A DNA stretch of 27,691 nucleotides, from positions 1 to 27,691 of IMG/VR virus record IMGVR_UViG_3300032216_000917. One strand, given 5' to 3'. The stretch comes from a virus (taxonomy: Duplodnaviria; Caudoviricetes). A program made the position numbers and the translations under genes. Shown piece after piece: positions 1 through 7,852 of this stretch. Each line of letters starts with the position of its first letter. Position 1 is the stretch's first letter. The notes under the pieces are model-generated. The model did not search any database, was not told the origin of the DNA, and was given only the letters and a program-made list of their open reading frames with translations.

Positions 1-81
1 GAAGAAGAAAATCTTGAAGTTGCAAAAAGAAAACTCGCACTCAAGGTCAAACAGCGTTCCTTGCGTAAAGGCAAGGCATAA
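1..81 (+). CDS. 3' end of upstream gene, possibly prohead protease
   Basis: Frame 1 reads EEENLEVAKRKLALKVKQRSLRKGKA* (TAA 79-81). Identity inferred only from position before the capsid gene. Confidence 0.5.
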   Translation, partial: EEENLEVAKRKLALKVKQRSLRKGKA

Positions 82-143
82 CCCTCGGCGCATCCTGCCC
101 CGACTGGTTCAATACACATCCAATCCAAGAGAGGAGACATTCA

Positions 144-1493
144 ATGTCTCTAGCATCAAAACTCAAGGAGCAGCGTGATGGTCTTGTTGCCGAGGTTGAA
201 ACAACACTCGCAGCAGAAGATGTCACAGCAGAAGCTCTGGATGCAGCATCATCAAAGCAGGAAGAAATCTCTGCTCTCGATGAGCGCATCGCAACTGCCG
301 AAAAGGTAGAAGCTCGCACAGCAGCAATCGCAGAATCTCGCAAGGAATCAGGCGTTGCAACATTCGGTGGCGCAGTTGTCACACGCGAAGCAATGACTTA
401 TGACCGCGATGGTCGCAACTCATTCGTTCGCGACATGATTGCAGCAAACCTTCGCAATGATCGTGATTCATGGTCACGCCTACAACGCCACCAGCAGGAA
501 GTCGCAATTGAATCACGCGACATCTCACGCACTGACGGCGCTGGTGGGGATCTGGTTCCGCCAATTTACTTGATCAATGAATATGCTGAATTCGCTCGTG
601 CAGCAAGAGTGACAGCTGATCTCGTTACAAACATGGCTCTTCCAGCAGGAACAGACTCAATCAATATCCCACAGATCACAACAGGTACACTTGCAGCGTT
701 CCAGTCAGCTGATAACACTGCAACAACAACTCGTGACATGGTTTCATCAACTGTCACAGCACCTGTTCGCACAATCTCAGGATACGAGAATGTTTCAATT
801 CAGCTTGTTGAACAATCACCTCTCGCTGGTGGTCTTGATCGTCTTGTCTTCGGTGACTTGATGGCTGACTACGCACTACAACTCAACACAGCTGTTGTCG
901 GTTCAGGTGACGGAACATCAGGCGCACTCAAGGGTCTCATCACTCTTGGCGCAGATACAACAAACGGAATCCCAACAACATGGACTGAAACAACTCCATC
1001 TGCTGTCAACGGACTCATTGCAATTGCAAAGGGTATTTCAAAGGTAACAACCAACCGATTCAAGGCTGCTGAAGCAATCGTCATGCATCCTTCAATGTGG
1101 TATTGGTTCGCATCACAGGTTGACGGATCAAACCGCCCACTCGTTGTTCCAGTAACAGGAGCATCACAGGCATTCAACGCTGCTGGTACAGTCACAAATC
1201 CTGGCGCACCAGCTGGTCTCGTAGGAACAATTCAAGGAGTGCCAGTCTTCATCGATGCAACACTTCCAAAGACCTACGGCGCATCAACAAACCAATCTCC
1301 AATCCTCGTTGGTAAGTTCTCAGATTCTTACCTCTTCGAGTCAGGCGTGAAGACACGCGTTCTTCCAGATGTCCTTTCAAGCAACCTCACAGTTCGCTTC
1401 CAGGTCTATGGATACGCAGCTCTTGCACACCGCTTCAACAAGTCTGTTTCAGCAATTACAGGAACAGGTACAGTTGCACCTTCAGGCTACTAA
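144..1493 (+). CDS. Major capsid protein, HK97 fold with N-terminal delta/scaffold domain
   Basis: 449 aa with GAGGAG RBS. N-terminal ~120 aa is coiled-coil-like, followed by GGDLVPP, IVMHPSMW, DGSNRPL and GTIQGVPV motifs typical of HK97-family capsids. Confidence 0.93.
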   Translation: MSLASKLKEQRDGLVAEVETTLAAEDVTAEALDAASSKQEEISALDERIATAEKVEARTAAIAESRKESGVATFGGAVVTREAMTYDRDGRNSFVRDMIAANLRNDRDSWSRLQRHQQEVAIESRDISRTDGAGGDLVPPIYLINEYAEFARAARVTADLVTNMALPAGTDSINIPQITTGTLAAFQSADNTATTTRDMVSSTVTAPVRTISGYENVSIQLVEQSPLAGGLDRLVFGDLMADYALQLNTAVVGSGDGTSGALKGLITLGADTTNGIPTTWTETTPSAVNGLIAIAKGISKVTTNRFKAAEAIVMHPSMWYWFASQVDGSNRPLVVPVTGASQAFNAAGTVTNPGAPAGLVGTIQGVPVFIDATLPKTYGASTNQSPILVGKFSDSYLFESGVKTRVLPDVLSSNLTVRFQVYGYAALAHRFNKSVSAITGTGTVAPSGY

Positions 1494-1503
1494 TTAGCCT
1501 AGA

Positions 1504-1545
1504 CCTTGGCGCTGGCTCTTCCTTCGGGTAGGGTCAGCGCCAAGG
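1504..1545 (+). terminator. Strong stem-loop after capsid gene (attenuator or mRNA stabiliser)
   Basis: CCTTGGCGCTG/CAGCGCCAAGG perfect 11-bp stem, extended by G-U pairs to a C(UUCG)G tetraloop. No U-tract. Confidence 0.7.
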
Positions 1546-1572
1546 CGCAACACCAATCCACAGGGGGATTTT

Positions 1573-1719
1573 ATGAAGTCGATATTTTTAGAAGGTCTCA
1601 AGTCTGCTCGCGAGATAGTGCAGAACAAGGGAATCGAACATCTTGATTCGCTCATCACAGAGCTTGAGTCAGGCGAGATTGAAACAACTGCTCTTTCTCC
1701 AGAGATGGAGACACGATGA
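1573..1719 (+). CDS. Small hypothetical protein, 48 aa (not in ORF track)
   Basis: MKSIFLEGLKSAREIVQNKGIEHLDSLITELESGEIETTALSPEMETR*. AGGGGG RBS; stop overlaps next ATG (ATGA). Confidence 0.75.
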   Translation: MKSIFLEGLKSAREIVQNKGIEHLDSLITELESGEIETTALSPEMETR

Positions 1720-2423
1720 AGTCAAATCACAAAGTCTGCATCGGAATGGTCAACAACGGAACGATTGATGCAATGCTGGCAATAGATTTGATTCACATTG
1801 CAAAGGAAAGAAATGGTCACTTTGACCACATGGTTCAAGTCGGCAATGTCGGACTTACCACTCGATCACGCAATGTTGTGGTCAAAACATTTTTAGAGCA
1901 AACGGATGCCGAATGGCTTCTGATGATTGACTCAGATGAGCGCTTGTCTCTTGAGACTTGGCACAAGTTGCTTGATGCAGCTCACGACAAAGACCGACCA
2001 ATTGTGTCAGGTCTAGTATTCGCAGCCTTCTTTGATGGCGCAGATGAACTTCGACCAGTTCCAACTATCTATCGAATGGATCCTGAAAAGGGTCTGCAAC
2101 CGATTGATGCTTATCCAGTCAATCAGTTGATTGAAGTCGATGCAGTCGGCACAGGATGTATTCTTATCCATCGCAAGGTTCTTCTCGATATGCAAGCCAA
2201 CGCCACTGCACATCAAGGCAAGGACTGGGCTTGGTTCGTAGAAGGCGCAATCGATGGCACTTACTTTGGCGAGGACTTGCTCTTTTCCAAGCGATTGAAA
2301 TCGATGGGCTACAAAATTTTCGCTCACACAGGAGCAATCCTTCCCCATCACAAGCAATTTTGGTTGGATGAAAGGCATCACATTCAGATGCGCAATCATG
2401 CAATTCAACAAAGTCAAGGATGA
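1716..2423 (+). CDS. GT-A fold (GT2-like) glycosyltransferase
   Basis: SRNVVV, WLLMIDSD (DxD), GTGCILIHRKV, GEDLLF and C-terminal His motifs. Confidence 0.85.
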   Translation: MKSNHKVCIGMVNNGTIDAMLAIDLIHIAKERNGHFDHMVQVGNVGLTTRSRNVVVKTFLEQTDAEWLLMIDSDERLSLETWHKLLDAAHDKDRPIVSGLVFAAFFDGADELRPVPTIYRMDPEKGLQPIDAYPVNQLIEVDAVGTGCILIHRKVLLDMQANATAHQGKDWAWFVEGAIDGTYFGEDLLFSKRLKSMGYKIFAHTGAILPHHKQFWLDERHHIQMRNHAIQQSQG

Positions 2424-2458
2424 GGGTTGGTCGTACCCCTGGCAATCAACCCTCATCC
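2418..2458 (+). other. Stem-loop over the glycosyltransferase stop codon
   Basis: GGATGAGGGTTG/CAACCCTCATCC 12-bp perfect inverted repeat. Confidence 0.65.
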
Positions 2459-2480
2459 CCTACTTCATAAGGAGTAACAC

Positions 2481-2834
2481 ATGGCAAGAATCTCGACCAC
2501 AGAAGCCAATCAAGCCCTTGTCACAACTGGCTGGTCTTATGTATCACTTCACACAGGTGATCCATCAACAACTGGCGCAAATGAAGTCACAGGTGGCTCA
2601 TACGCTCGTGTTGCAGTCACTTGGAACTCTCCATCTTCGGGTTCAGTAACTCAATCAAACGCTCTTTCAATCAACCTTCCAGCATCGACCACAGCTTCTT
2701 ACTTTGGAGTCTGGTCTGCTTCATCTTCAGGCACTTACTACATCGGCGGCGCACTTTCACCATCGATCACAACAGGCACATCTGCTGGCGTTGTCACAAT
2801 CGCTGCTGGTTCACTTTCAGTCTCAGCTTCCTAA
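2481..2834 (+). CDS. Ser/Thr-rich minor virion protein
   Basis: AAGGAG RBS. SLHTGDPSTTGANEVTGGSYAR resembles a recurrent actinophage minor structural family. Confidence 0.65.
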   Translation: MARISTTEANQALVTTGWSYVSLHTGDPSTTGANEVTGGSYARVAVTWNSPSSGSVTQSNALSINLPASTTASYFGVWSASSSGTYYIGGALSPSITTGTSAGVVTIAAGSLSVSAS

Positions 2835-2848
2835 TCTAAGGGGTCGCA

Positions 2849-3088
2849 ATGGCAACCAATTATCCAACGAGCCTTGATTCGTTCACGAATCCAACGGCAA
2901 CGGACACACTTGATTCAGCCACAGTTCCCCACGCAGCTCAACATGACAACATCAATGATGCTGTCTTAGCAATCGAAACAGAATTGGGAACTGCGCCAAA
3001 GGGAACATTTGCATCAGTCAAGGCTCGCCTTGCAGCAGGAGACCCTGATTCAGATCAAACAGTTCTATCCACACAAGTCTTCGGTTAG
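2849..3088 (+). CDS. Small virion protein resembling a fibre N-terminal anchor
   Basis: MATNYPTSLDSFTNP..HAAQHDNINDAVLAIETELG pattern with a short coiled coil. Confidence 0.55.
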   Translation: MATNYPTSLDSFTNPTATDTLDSATVPHAAQHDNINDAVLAIETELGTAPKGTFASVKARLAAGDPDSDQTVLSTQVFG

Positions 3089-3097
3089 GGGATAACA

Positions 3098-3460
3098 ATG
3101 GCAACTTTTACAAAGACACTTCTTTCAGGCTCATCGCAAGGTCAGCCAATCACAGTTGTGCAAACTGCCTCAACTGGTACAACTATCCACGCAACAGGAA
3201 CTTCATCAACAACTATTGACGAAGTGTGGCTATATGCCAACAACACTTCAACTTCCCCTGTCCTATTGACAGTGCAGTTCGGTGGCACAGGCTCAGTGCA
3301 ACACGCAAAACCAATCACCCTTGCCCCACAGTCAGGCGATGTTCTCATCGTGGCTGGCTTACCATTGACAGGAACAGGCTCTGCTGCAAACACAGTTTAT
3401 GCCTTTGCCGCAACTGCATCAGTCATTACGATTTCAGGTTATGTAAACAGGATCAGCTAA
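3098..3460 (+). CDS. Beta-rich, Thr-rich putative virion protein
   Basis: 120 aa with AGGGG RBS, in the structural operon; TAATG-coupled to the next gene. Confidence 0.6.
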   Translation: MATFTKTLLSGSSQGQPITVVQTASTGTTIHATGTSSTTIDEVWLYANNTSTSPVLLTVQFGGTGSVQHAKPITLAPQSGDVLIVAGLPLTGTGSAANTVYAFAATASVITISGYVNRIS

Positions 3461-4383
3461 TGTCTAACCCATCACGCAGAGGTTCAGCAGGCGAGCCAGT
3501 TCGCAACAGTATGCAGGGTGGAAATTACACTCCATTTCCTAACACACATTTTGTTCTTCCTTACGGCTTGCGCTTACAACAGACCAAGAACGCTGGCGAT
3601 ACATCAGTCACAATCCCTGCGGGTATTACATTTGTCTATGCCATCGCAGTTGGTGGCGGCGGTGGTGGTTCTATTGGTTCTGCGACTGGCGGAAACGGCG
3701 GTGGTGGAGCGGGCGGTGTTGCTTGGGGTTGGACTTTAGCAACATCTAGTTGTGTTGTGGGCGCTGGTGGCGCTTCTGCTAGTGCTGGCGGTTATACACG
3801 TTATGGAAATGTTATTGCTGGCGGTGGCGCTCAAGGAAATGTTTCTTCAGCAACTACAGGTGGTGCTGGTGGCGGGGGAAATACTGGCAACCTTGGTGGT
3901 GCAACAAATTATTGGGGCATACCAGGTGGGGTCAACTCTGGAAGCGGTAATGGTTCAGGAGCAGGTGGTGGTCTTGGTTCAAATACTGCTGGAACAAATG
4001 GTGGAGTGGGGGGAAATGGAATTTCAGGCGGTGGTGGTGGTTCTTGTGTACCCACTGGCTCGCAGACAAATACAGCAGGCAATGGAGGTTCAGGTTTAGT
4101 TGGTGGTGGTGGTGGTCACGCAACACAAACAACTGGAACTCGTAATGGTGGTTCAGGTGGCAACGGAATAAACATTTTGACTGGCGCACAAACAACGGGT
4201 GGCGCTGGTTCAACTGGTACTGGAACAAATGGTGCAGGTGGTGGCGGTGCTGGTATTGCAGGAAATGGAACTGCGGCATCAGGAACAACCGCTGGCGCAG
4301 GTGGACTTGGTGGCGGCGGTGGTGGTGCTATGACTACAACGGCAGGCGCAGGCGGCGCAGGAATACTTTACCTTTTCTACTAG
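3460..4383 (+). CDS. Glycine-rich adhesin/fibre-tip-like protein 1, 307 aa (start revised from 3226)
   Basis: ATG 3460 overlaps upstream TAA. IPAGITFVYAIAVGGGGGG followed by polyglycine tracts; ends GAGGAGILYLFY. Confidence 0.75.
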   Translation: MSNPSRRGSAGEPVRNSMQGGNYTPFPNTHFVLPYGLRLQQTKNAGDTSVTIPAGITFVYAIAVGGGGGGSIGSATGGNGGGGAGGVAWGWTLATSSCVVGAGGASASAGGYTRYGNVIAGGGAQGNVSSATTGGAGGGGNTGNLGGATNYWGIPGGVNSGSGNGSGAGGGLGSNTAGTNGGVGGNGISGGGGGSCVPTGSQTNTAGNGGSGLVGGGGGHATQTTGTRNGGSGGNGINILTGAQTTGGAGSTGTGTNGAGGGGAGIAGNGTAASGTTAGAGGLGGGGGGAMTTTAGAGGAGILYLFY

Positions 4384-4392
4384 GGAGCAACT

Positions 4393-5442
4393 ATGAGCGC
4401 ATCGATCTATAGCAATTCATCATTTACTGATTCTCCTTACGGACTCAAACTGCAACGCACATACACAACTGATAGTGCTGTCACAGACATTCCTGCTGGT
4501 ATAAACCGAGTCTATGCAATCGTAATCGGCGGTGGTGGTGCTGGTTCAACTTATGCAGCGGCAACAACAGCAACAGTAACAGCGGCAGTCGGTAATGGAA
4601 CAACAGTCACTTACACCTGCAATAATTCATTTGTCGCTGGAAGATTTGTGAGTGTATCAGGTTTAGGAATTGCATCAGGTGGTTCTTTGAATTTCAATAA
4701 CGCGGCTATTGCTAGTGCTAATTCAACTCAATTTACAATTACGAGCGGTACAACTGGCGTTTCATCGGGAACTGGAACAGCAACAGTTGGTGGTGGCGGT
4801 GGTGGGGGCGGTGCAGGTGGTTACTCTGCTGGCTGGACTTATGTTTCAAACTCAGTAACAGTTGGAACTGGTGGAACTGGTTCATCAACTGTCGCTGCTG
4901 GCAACAATGGCAATGCAAGTATTTATGGAATGGTTTTTGCTGGCGGTGGTTCAGGCGGGCAGAATAGCAATCTTGGAGGTAGCGCTGCTGGAGCATTGAC
5001 CGCTACAGGAGGTGGTGGAACTGTTTCTTATACTGGCGCACCCGCAGGCGCACTTCAACAAATTGGTTATGCTGCTGGTAGAGAAGCAGCAGGTGTTTCA
5101 TCAGGTGGCGGTTCAGGTGCGCTCAACGCAACTGGAAGTTCAACTGGTGTTGCAGGTGGTCGTGGACTTATATGCGGTGGCGGCGGTGCAGTAGCAGTAA
5201 CAGGAACAAGCACGGGCGGTGCTGGTGGAACTGGTGATTTCTATGCTGGCGGCACTGGCTCATCAGGCACAGGAGTTTTATTCGGCGGTGGTGGCGGCGG
5301 TGCAGGTTACACATCTGCTGGCATAACACCTACAGACAATAACGGCGGAAACGGCGGTTCAGGTGGCGGTGGTGGCGGTGGGGCTTCCAATGCTGGTACT
5401 GCTGGCTCAGGCGGCAATGGCGTTGTTTATCTTTACTTCTAA
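4393..5442 (+). CDS. Glycine-rich adhesin/fibre-tip-like protein 2, paralog of protein 1
   Basis: Shares PYGLxLQ..IPAGI..VYAI..GGGG, AGG..GWT and the terminal GxGGxG..YL(F/Y) motif with 3460-4383. Confidence 0.75.
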   Translation: MSASIYSNSSFTDSPYGLKLQRTYTTDSAVTDIPAGINRVYAIVIGGGGAGSTYAAATTATVTAAVGNGTTVTYTCNNSFVAGRFVSVSGLGIASGGSLNFNNAAIASANSTQFTITSGTTGVSSGTGTATVGGGGGGGGAGGYSAGWTYVSNSVTVGTGGTGSSTVAAGNNGNASIYGMVFAGGGSGGQNSNLGGSAAGALTATGGGGTVSYTGAPAGALQQIGYAAGREAAGVSSGGGSGALNATGSSTGVAGGRGLICGGGGAVAVTGTSTGGAGGTGDFYAGGTGSSGTGVLFGGGGGGAGYTSAGITPTDNNGGNGGSGGGGGGGASNAGTAGSGGNGVVYLYF

Positions 5443-5451
5443 GGAGTTCTA

Positions 5452-5619
5452 ATGGCTATCAAATACGAATACAACTCACCTTGCTGCGGTCACTTCTATA
5501 TTGAAGTCCGCAATCCAGAGGATGCTCAGGTTGTAACAAAGTGCAATGTTTGCGGACAGGGCGAGTATGAATTGACGGCGCAGACTGATGTGGATCAACA
5601 GACAATAGCATCGGAGTGA
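5452..5619 (+). CDS. Small zinc-ribbon-like protein, 55 aa (not in ORF track)
   Basis: AAGGAG RBS. MAIKYEYNSPCCGHFYIEVRNPEDAQVVTKCNVCGQGEYELTAQTDVDQQTIASE*. Confidence 0.75.
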   Translation: MAIKYEYNSPCCGHFYIEVRNPEDAQVVTKCNVCGQGEYELTAQTDVDQQTIASE

Positions 5620-5625
5620 TAAGCG

Positions 5626-6348
5626 ATGGCAATCTATAACGAGAGCATTGCCTATAACGCTTCAAATATAACTTACAACGGCATCTGGAAAACAACTGGC
5701 TCAGGCTCAATTTCACTTGTTGGAACTGGATCATCAGCTCTTAGATTCGCCACAACAGGCTCTGCCTCAATCTCACTTGCAGCTTCAGCCACAGTCTCAC
5801 TCACCTTCCCTTCCAATGGTTCAGGCTCAATCAGCCTTGCAGGGTCAGCAACAGTTTCTTATGCGACAACAGGCGCAGGTTCAATCGAAGTTGTTGGTTC
5901 AGGAACGATTCAAAAGATTTCCTATGCCACAACAGGCTCAGGTTCAATTTCCCTTGTTGCTACTGCCACAGGAACTCTTGCCTCACTTTCAGGCGCTGGC
6001 TCAATCAGCATCTCAGGTTCAGGAACTATCCAAAAGATTTCCTACACCACAACAGGCGCTGGTTCAATCAACCTCAGCGGACTTGCCACTGAAACTTTGT
6101 TCTTTGCAACAACTGGCTCAGGTTCCCTAACTCTTGCAGCTTCTGGATATGGTTACATCGGCGGCGCAACAATCAATAGTCGCTATCGAGTAGGCGCAAC
6201 AATCGTTGAAAGAGTCAGAGTCGGGGCTACAATGAACCCCAACAAGACCTTGAGAATCGGATCAACAATCTTGGCAAGAATTCGAACAGGTTCGCAAATT
6301 AGCAATCGCGAGCGCTCTACTTCTACTATCACAAGGAGAACCCGATGA
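5626..6348 (+). CDS. Ser/Thr/Gly-rich repeat protein, fibre-shaft-like, with Arg-rich C-terminus
   Basis: About 8 repeats of TTG(S/A)GSI(S)L at ~17-21 aa spacing, then ~5 RxRxG(A/S)TI-like repeats. Confidence 0.7.
   Translation: MAIYNESIAYNASNITYNGIWKTTGSGSISLVGTGSSALRFATTGSASISLAASATVSLTFPSNGSGSISLAGSATVSYATTGAGSIEVVGSGTIQKISYATTGSGSISLVATATGTLASLSGAGSISISGSGTIQKISYTTTGAGSINLSGLATETLFFATTGSGSLTLAASGYGYIGGATINSRYRVGATIVERVRVGATMNPNKTLRIGSTILARIRTGSQISNRERSTSTITRRTR
5896..6068 (+). repeat. Intragenic direct repeat, 120-nt period
   Basis: 5896-5948 and 6016-6068 both encode GSGTIQKISYxTTGxGS with near-identical DNA (GGTTCAGGAACxATxCAAAAGATTTCCTAxxCCACAACAGGC). Confidence 0.85.
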
Positions 6349-7187
6349 CTTATGACTTGGGAGATGTTGTTCCTCTAGGAATAACGATTACCGATTCAAC
6401 AGGTGCAAATGCAAACGCATCGGCTGTCACTTGCACAATCACTCTTCCTGACGGAACAACTTCGACAGGCTCAGTCACAAATCCTTCCACTGGTCAATAC
6501 AACTGCGATTTCTCACCTTCCCAGACAGGAAGACACGCAGTTCGCTGGCTTGCCACAGGAACCAACGCTTCGGCTTATACCGATGAATTTACTGTTCGCG
6601 ATTATGCTGATCTTGGTCTTCTTGGACTCGATGAAGTCAAGTCTCACTTGAATATCTCAGCCACAGACACAACCTTAGATGAGGAACTTCGCCGCTTCAT
6701 TGATGCAGCAACAGATTTGGCTGAACAGTATCTTGGACAGATTCTAGGTCGCAGGACTTTCACAAATGAGCTGTATGACGGAGGAACTGAGTTCATCCGT
6801 ATCCGCAATCCAAAGGTCATCTCAATCACTTCTGTATATGAGAACGATGCTTTGGTTTCATCTACTGCCTACAATTTGGACTATACAGGACAACGCCTTT
6901 ATCGCATCGGGTCAGGAACCCTTTATGCAACCAACTCTTACGGCTATTGGACTGGCGGATTCAACAATATCAAAATCACCTATGTCGCTGGATATGTCAA
7001 TCCTCCAATGGCTGCCAAGCAAGGTGTCCTTGAAATCATTCGTCACCTATGGCAGACACAGCGCGGCGCAATGAATGTGATGACCCGCAACCAGTCAGGC
7101 GATGACTTCTATCAGGGTTCAACATATTCACTTCCTCGCAGAGCGATGGAATTGCTCGATCCTCAATCTTTCCCAGGGCTTGCATAA
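6345..7187 (+). CDS. Head-to-tail adaptor (HK97 gp6/SPP1 gp15-like) with an extra N-terminal Ig-like domain
   Basis: From aa ~92: LDEVKSHLNI..DEELRRFIDAATDLAEQYLG..ITYVAGY..PP.AKQGVLEIIRHLW. The first ~87 aa form a separate beta-rich domain. Confidence 0.8.
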   Translation: MTYDLGDVVPLGITITDSTGANANASAVTCTITLPDGTTSTGSVTNPSTGQYNCDFSPSQTGRHAVRWLATGTNASAYTDEFTVRDYADLGLLGLDEVKSHLNISATDTTLDEELRRFIDAATDLAEQYLGQILGRRTFTNELYDGGTEFIRIRNPKVISITSVYENDALVSSTAYNLDYTGQRLYRIGSGTLYATNSYGYWTGGFNNIKITYVAGYVNPPMAAKQGVLEIIRHLWQTQRGAMNVMTRNQSGDDFYQGSTYSLPRRAMELLDPQSFPGLA

Positions 7188-7649
7188 ATGGCAACCAGCG
7201 CACTTCCTTCTTTCATCAATGCAGTCATCACTCGACTCAAGGCAGACTCAAACCTGTCAGCAGTTCGAATCTTTGACGGCATCGAGATTGACCAGTCCTA
7301 TCCAGGAGATGCAGTCTGCATCGGTCACGATGGCAATATGGAAGGCGATGAAGTAGTTGCCTCAAACTTTACTCAGGAATATCGCAACCTTGGCGCAGTT
7401 GGCAAGTTCGAAGATGGAATCGTCAACTGCTCGATGTGGGCTTGGGATGGATCAACAGACATCTCAGCTCGCAGAACTCGCGCAATGCAGGTTCTTGGTT
7501 ATGTGGAAAACTCGATTCGCTCGGATGTTTCATTCAGTGGGGTTGTCATATACTCAGGGCTTGAAACAGCTCAGATGAGTTATCGCCAGACAACTGGCGG
7601 CGCTGCTGTTGTTCTCAACTTTTCACTCACTTATCGCGCAAAGATATAG
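7188..7649 (+). CDS. Putative tail terminator/completion protein
   Basis: 153 aa. Size, helix/strand pattern and position between adaptor and tail tube. Confidence 0.6.
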   Translation: MATSALPSFINAVITRLKADSNLSAVRIFDGIEIDQSYPGDAVCIGHDGNMEGDEVVASNFTQEYRNLGAVGKFEDGIVNCSMWAWDGSTDISARRTRAMQVLGYVENSIRSDVSFSGVVIYSGLETAQMSYRQTTGGAAVVLNFSLTYRAKI

Positions 7650-7657
7650 GGAATCAA

Positions 7658-7843
7658 ATGCCGAAAATCAAGAATATCTCGCCGCTTGGCGAACTTTATA
7701 TTCCTTCACTCAATTTGACAGTGAAGGCAGGGGAAAGCGCTGAAGTCTCATCCGAGGCAGCAGCTTCATTGCTAGAACAAACCGACAATTGGGCAGCAGC
7801 CGACAAAGCCGCTTCCCTACTTTCCAACGCTCAATCCAACTAG
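7658..7843 (+). CDS. Small hypothetical protein
   Basis: 61 aa with AGGGA RBS; fills the gap in the operon. Confidence 0.65.
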   Translation: MPKIKNISPLGELYIPSLNLTVKAGESAEVSSEAAASLLEQTDNWAAADKAASLLSNAQSN

Positions 7844-7852
7844 GAGAATAAA

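Noticed and set aside
3226-3459. Upstream extension of the 385-aa ORF
   Set aside because: It overlaps the 3098-3460 gene out of frame; the TAATG-coupled ATG at 3460 is the better start.
3460-5442. PE_PGRS-like host genes
   Set aside because: No PE domain. The resemblance is low-complexity glycine only, and the motifs fit phage Gly-rich proteins.
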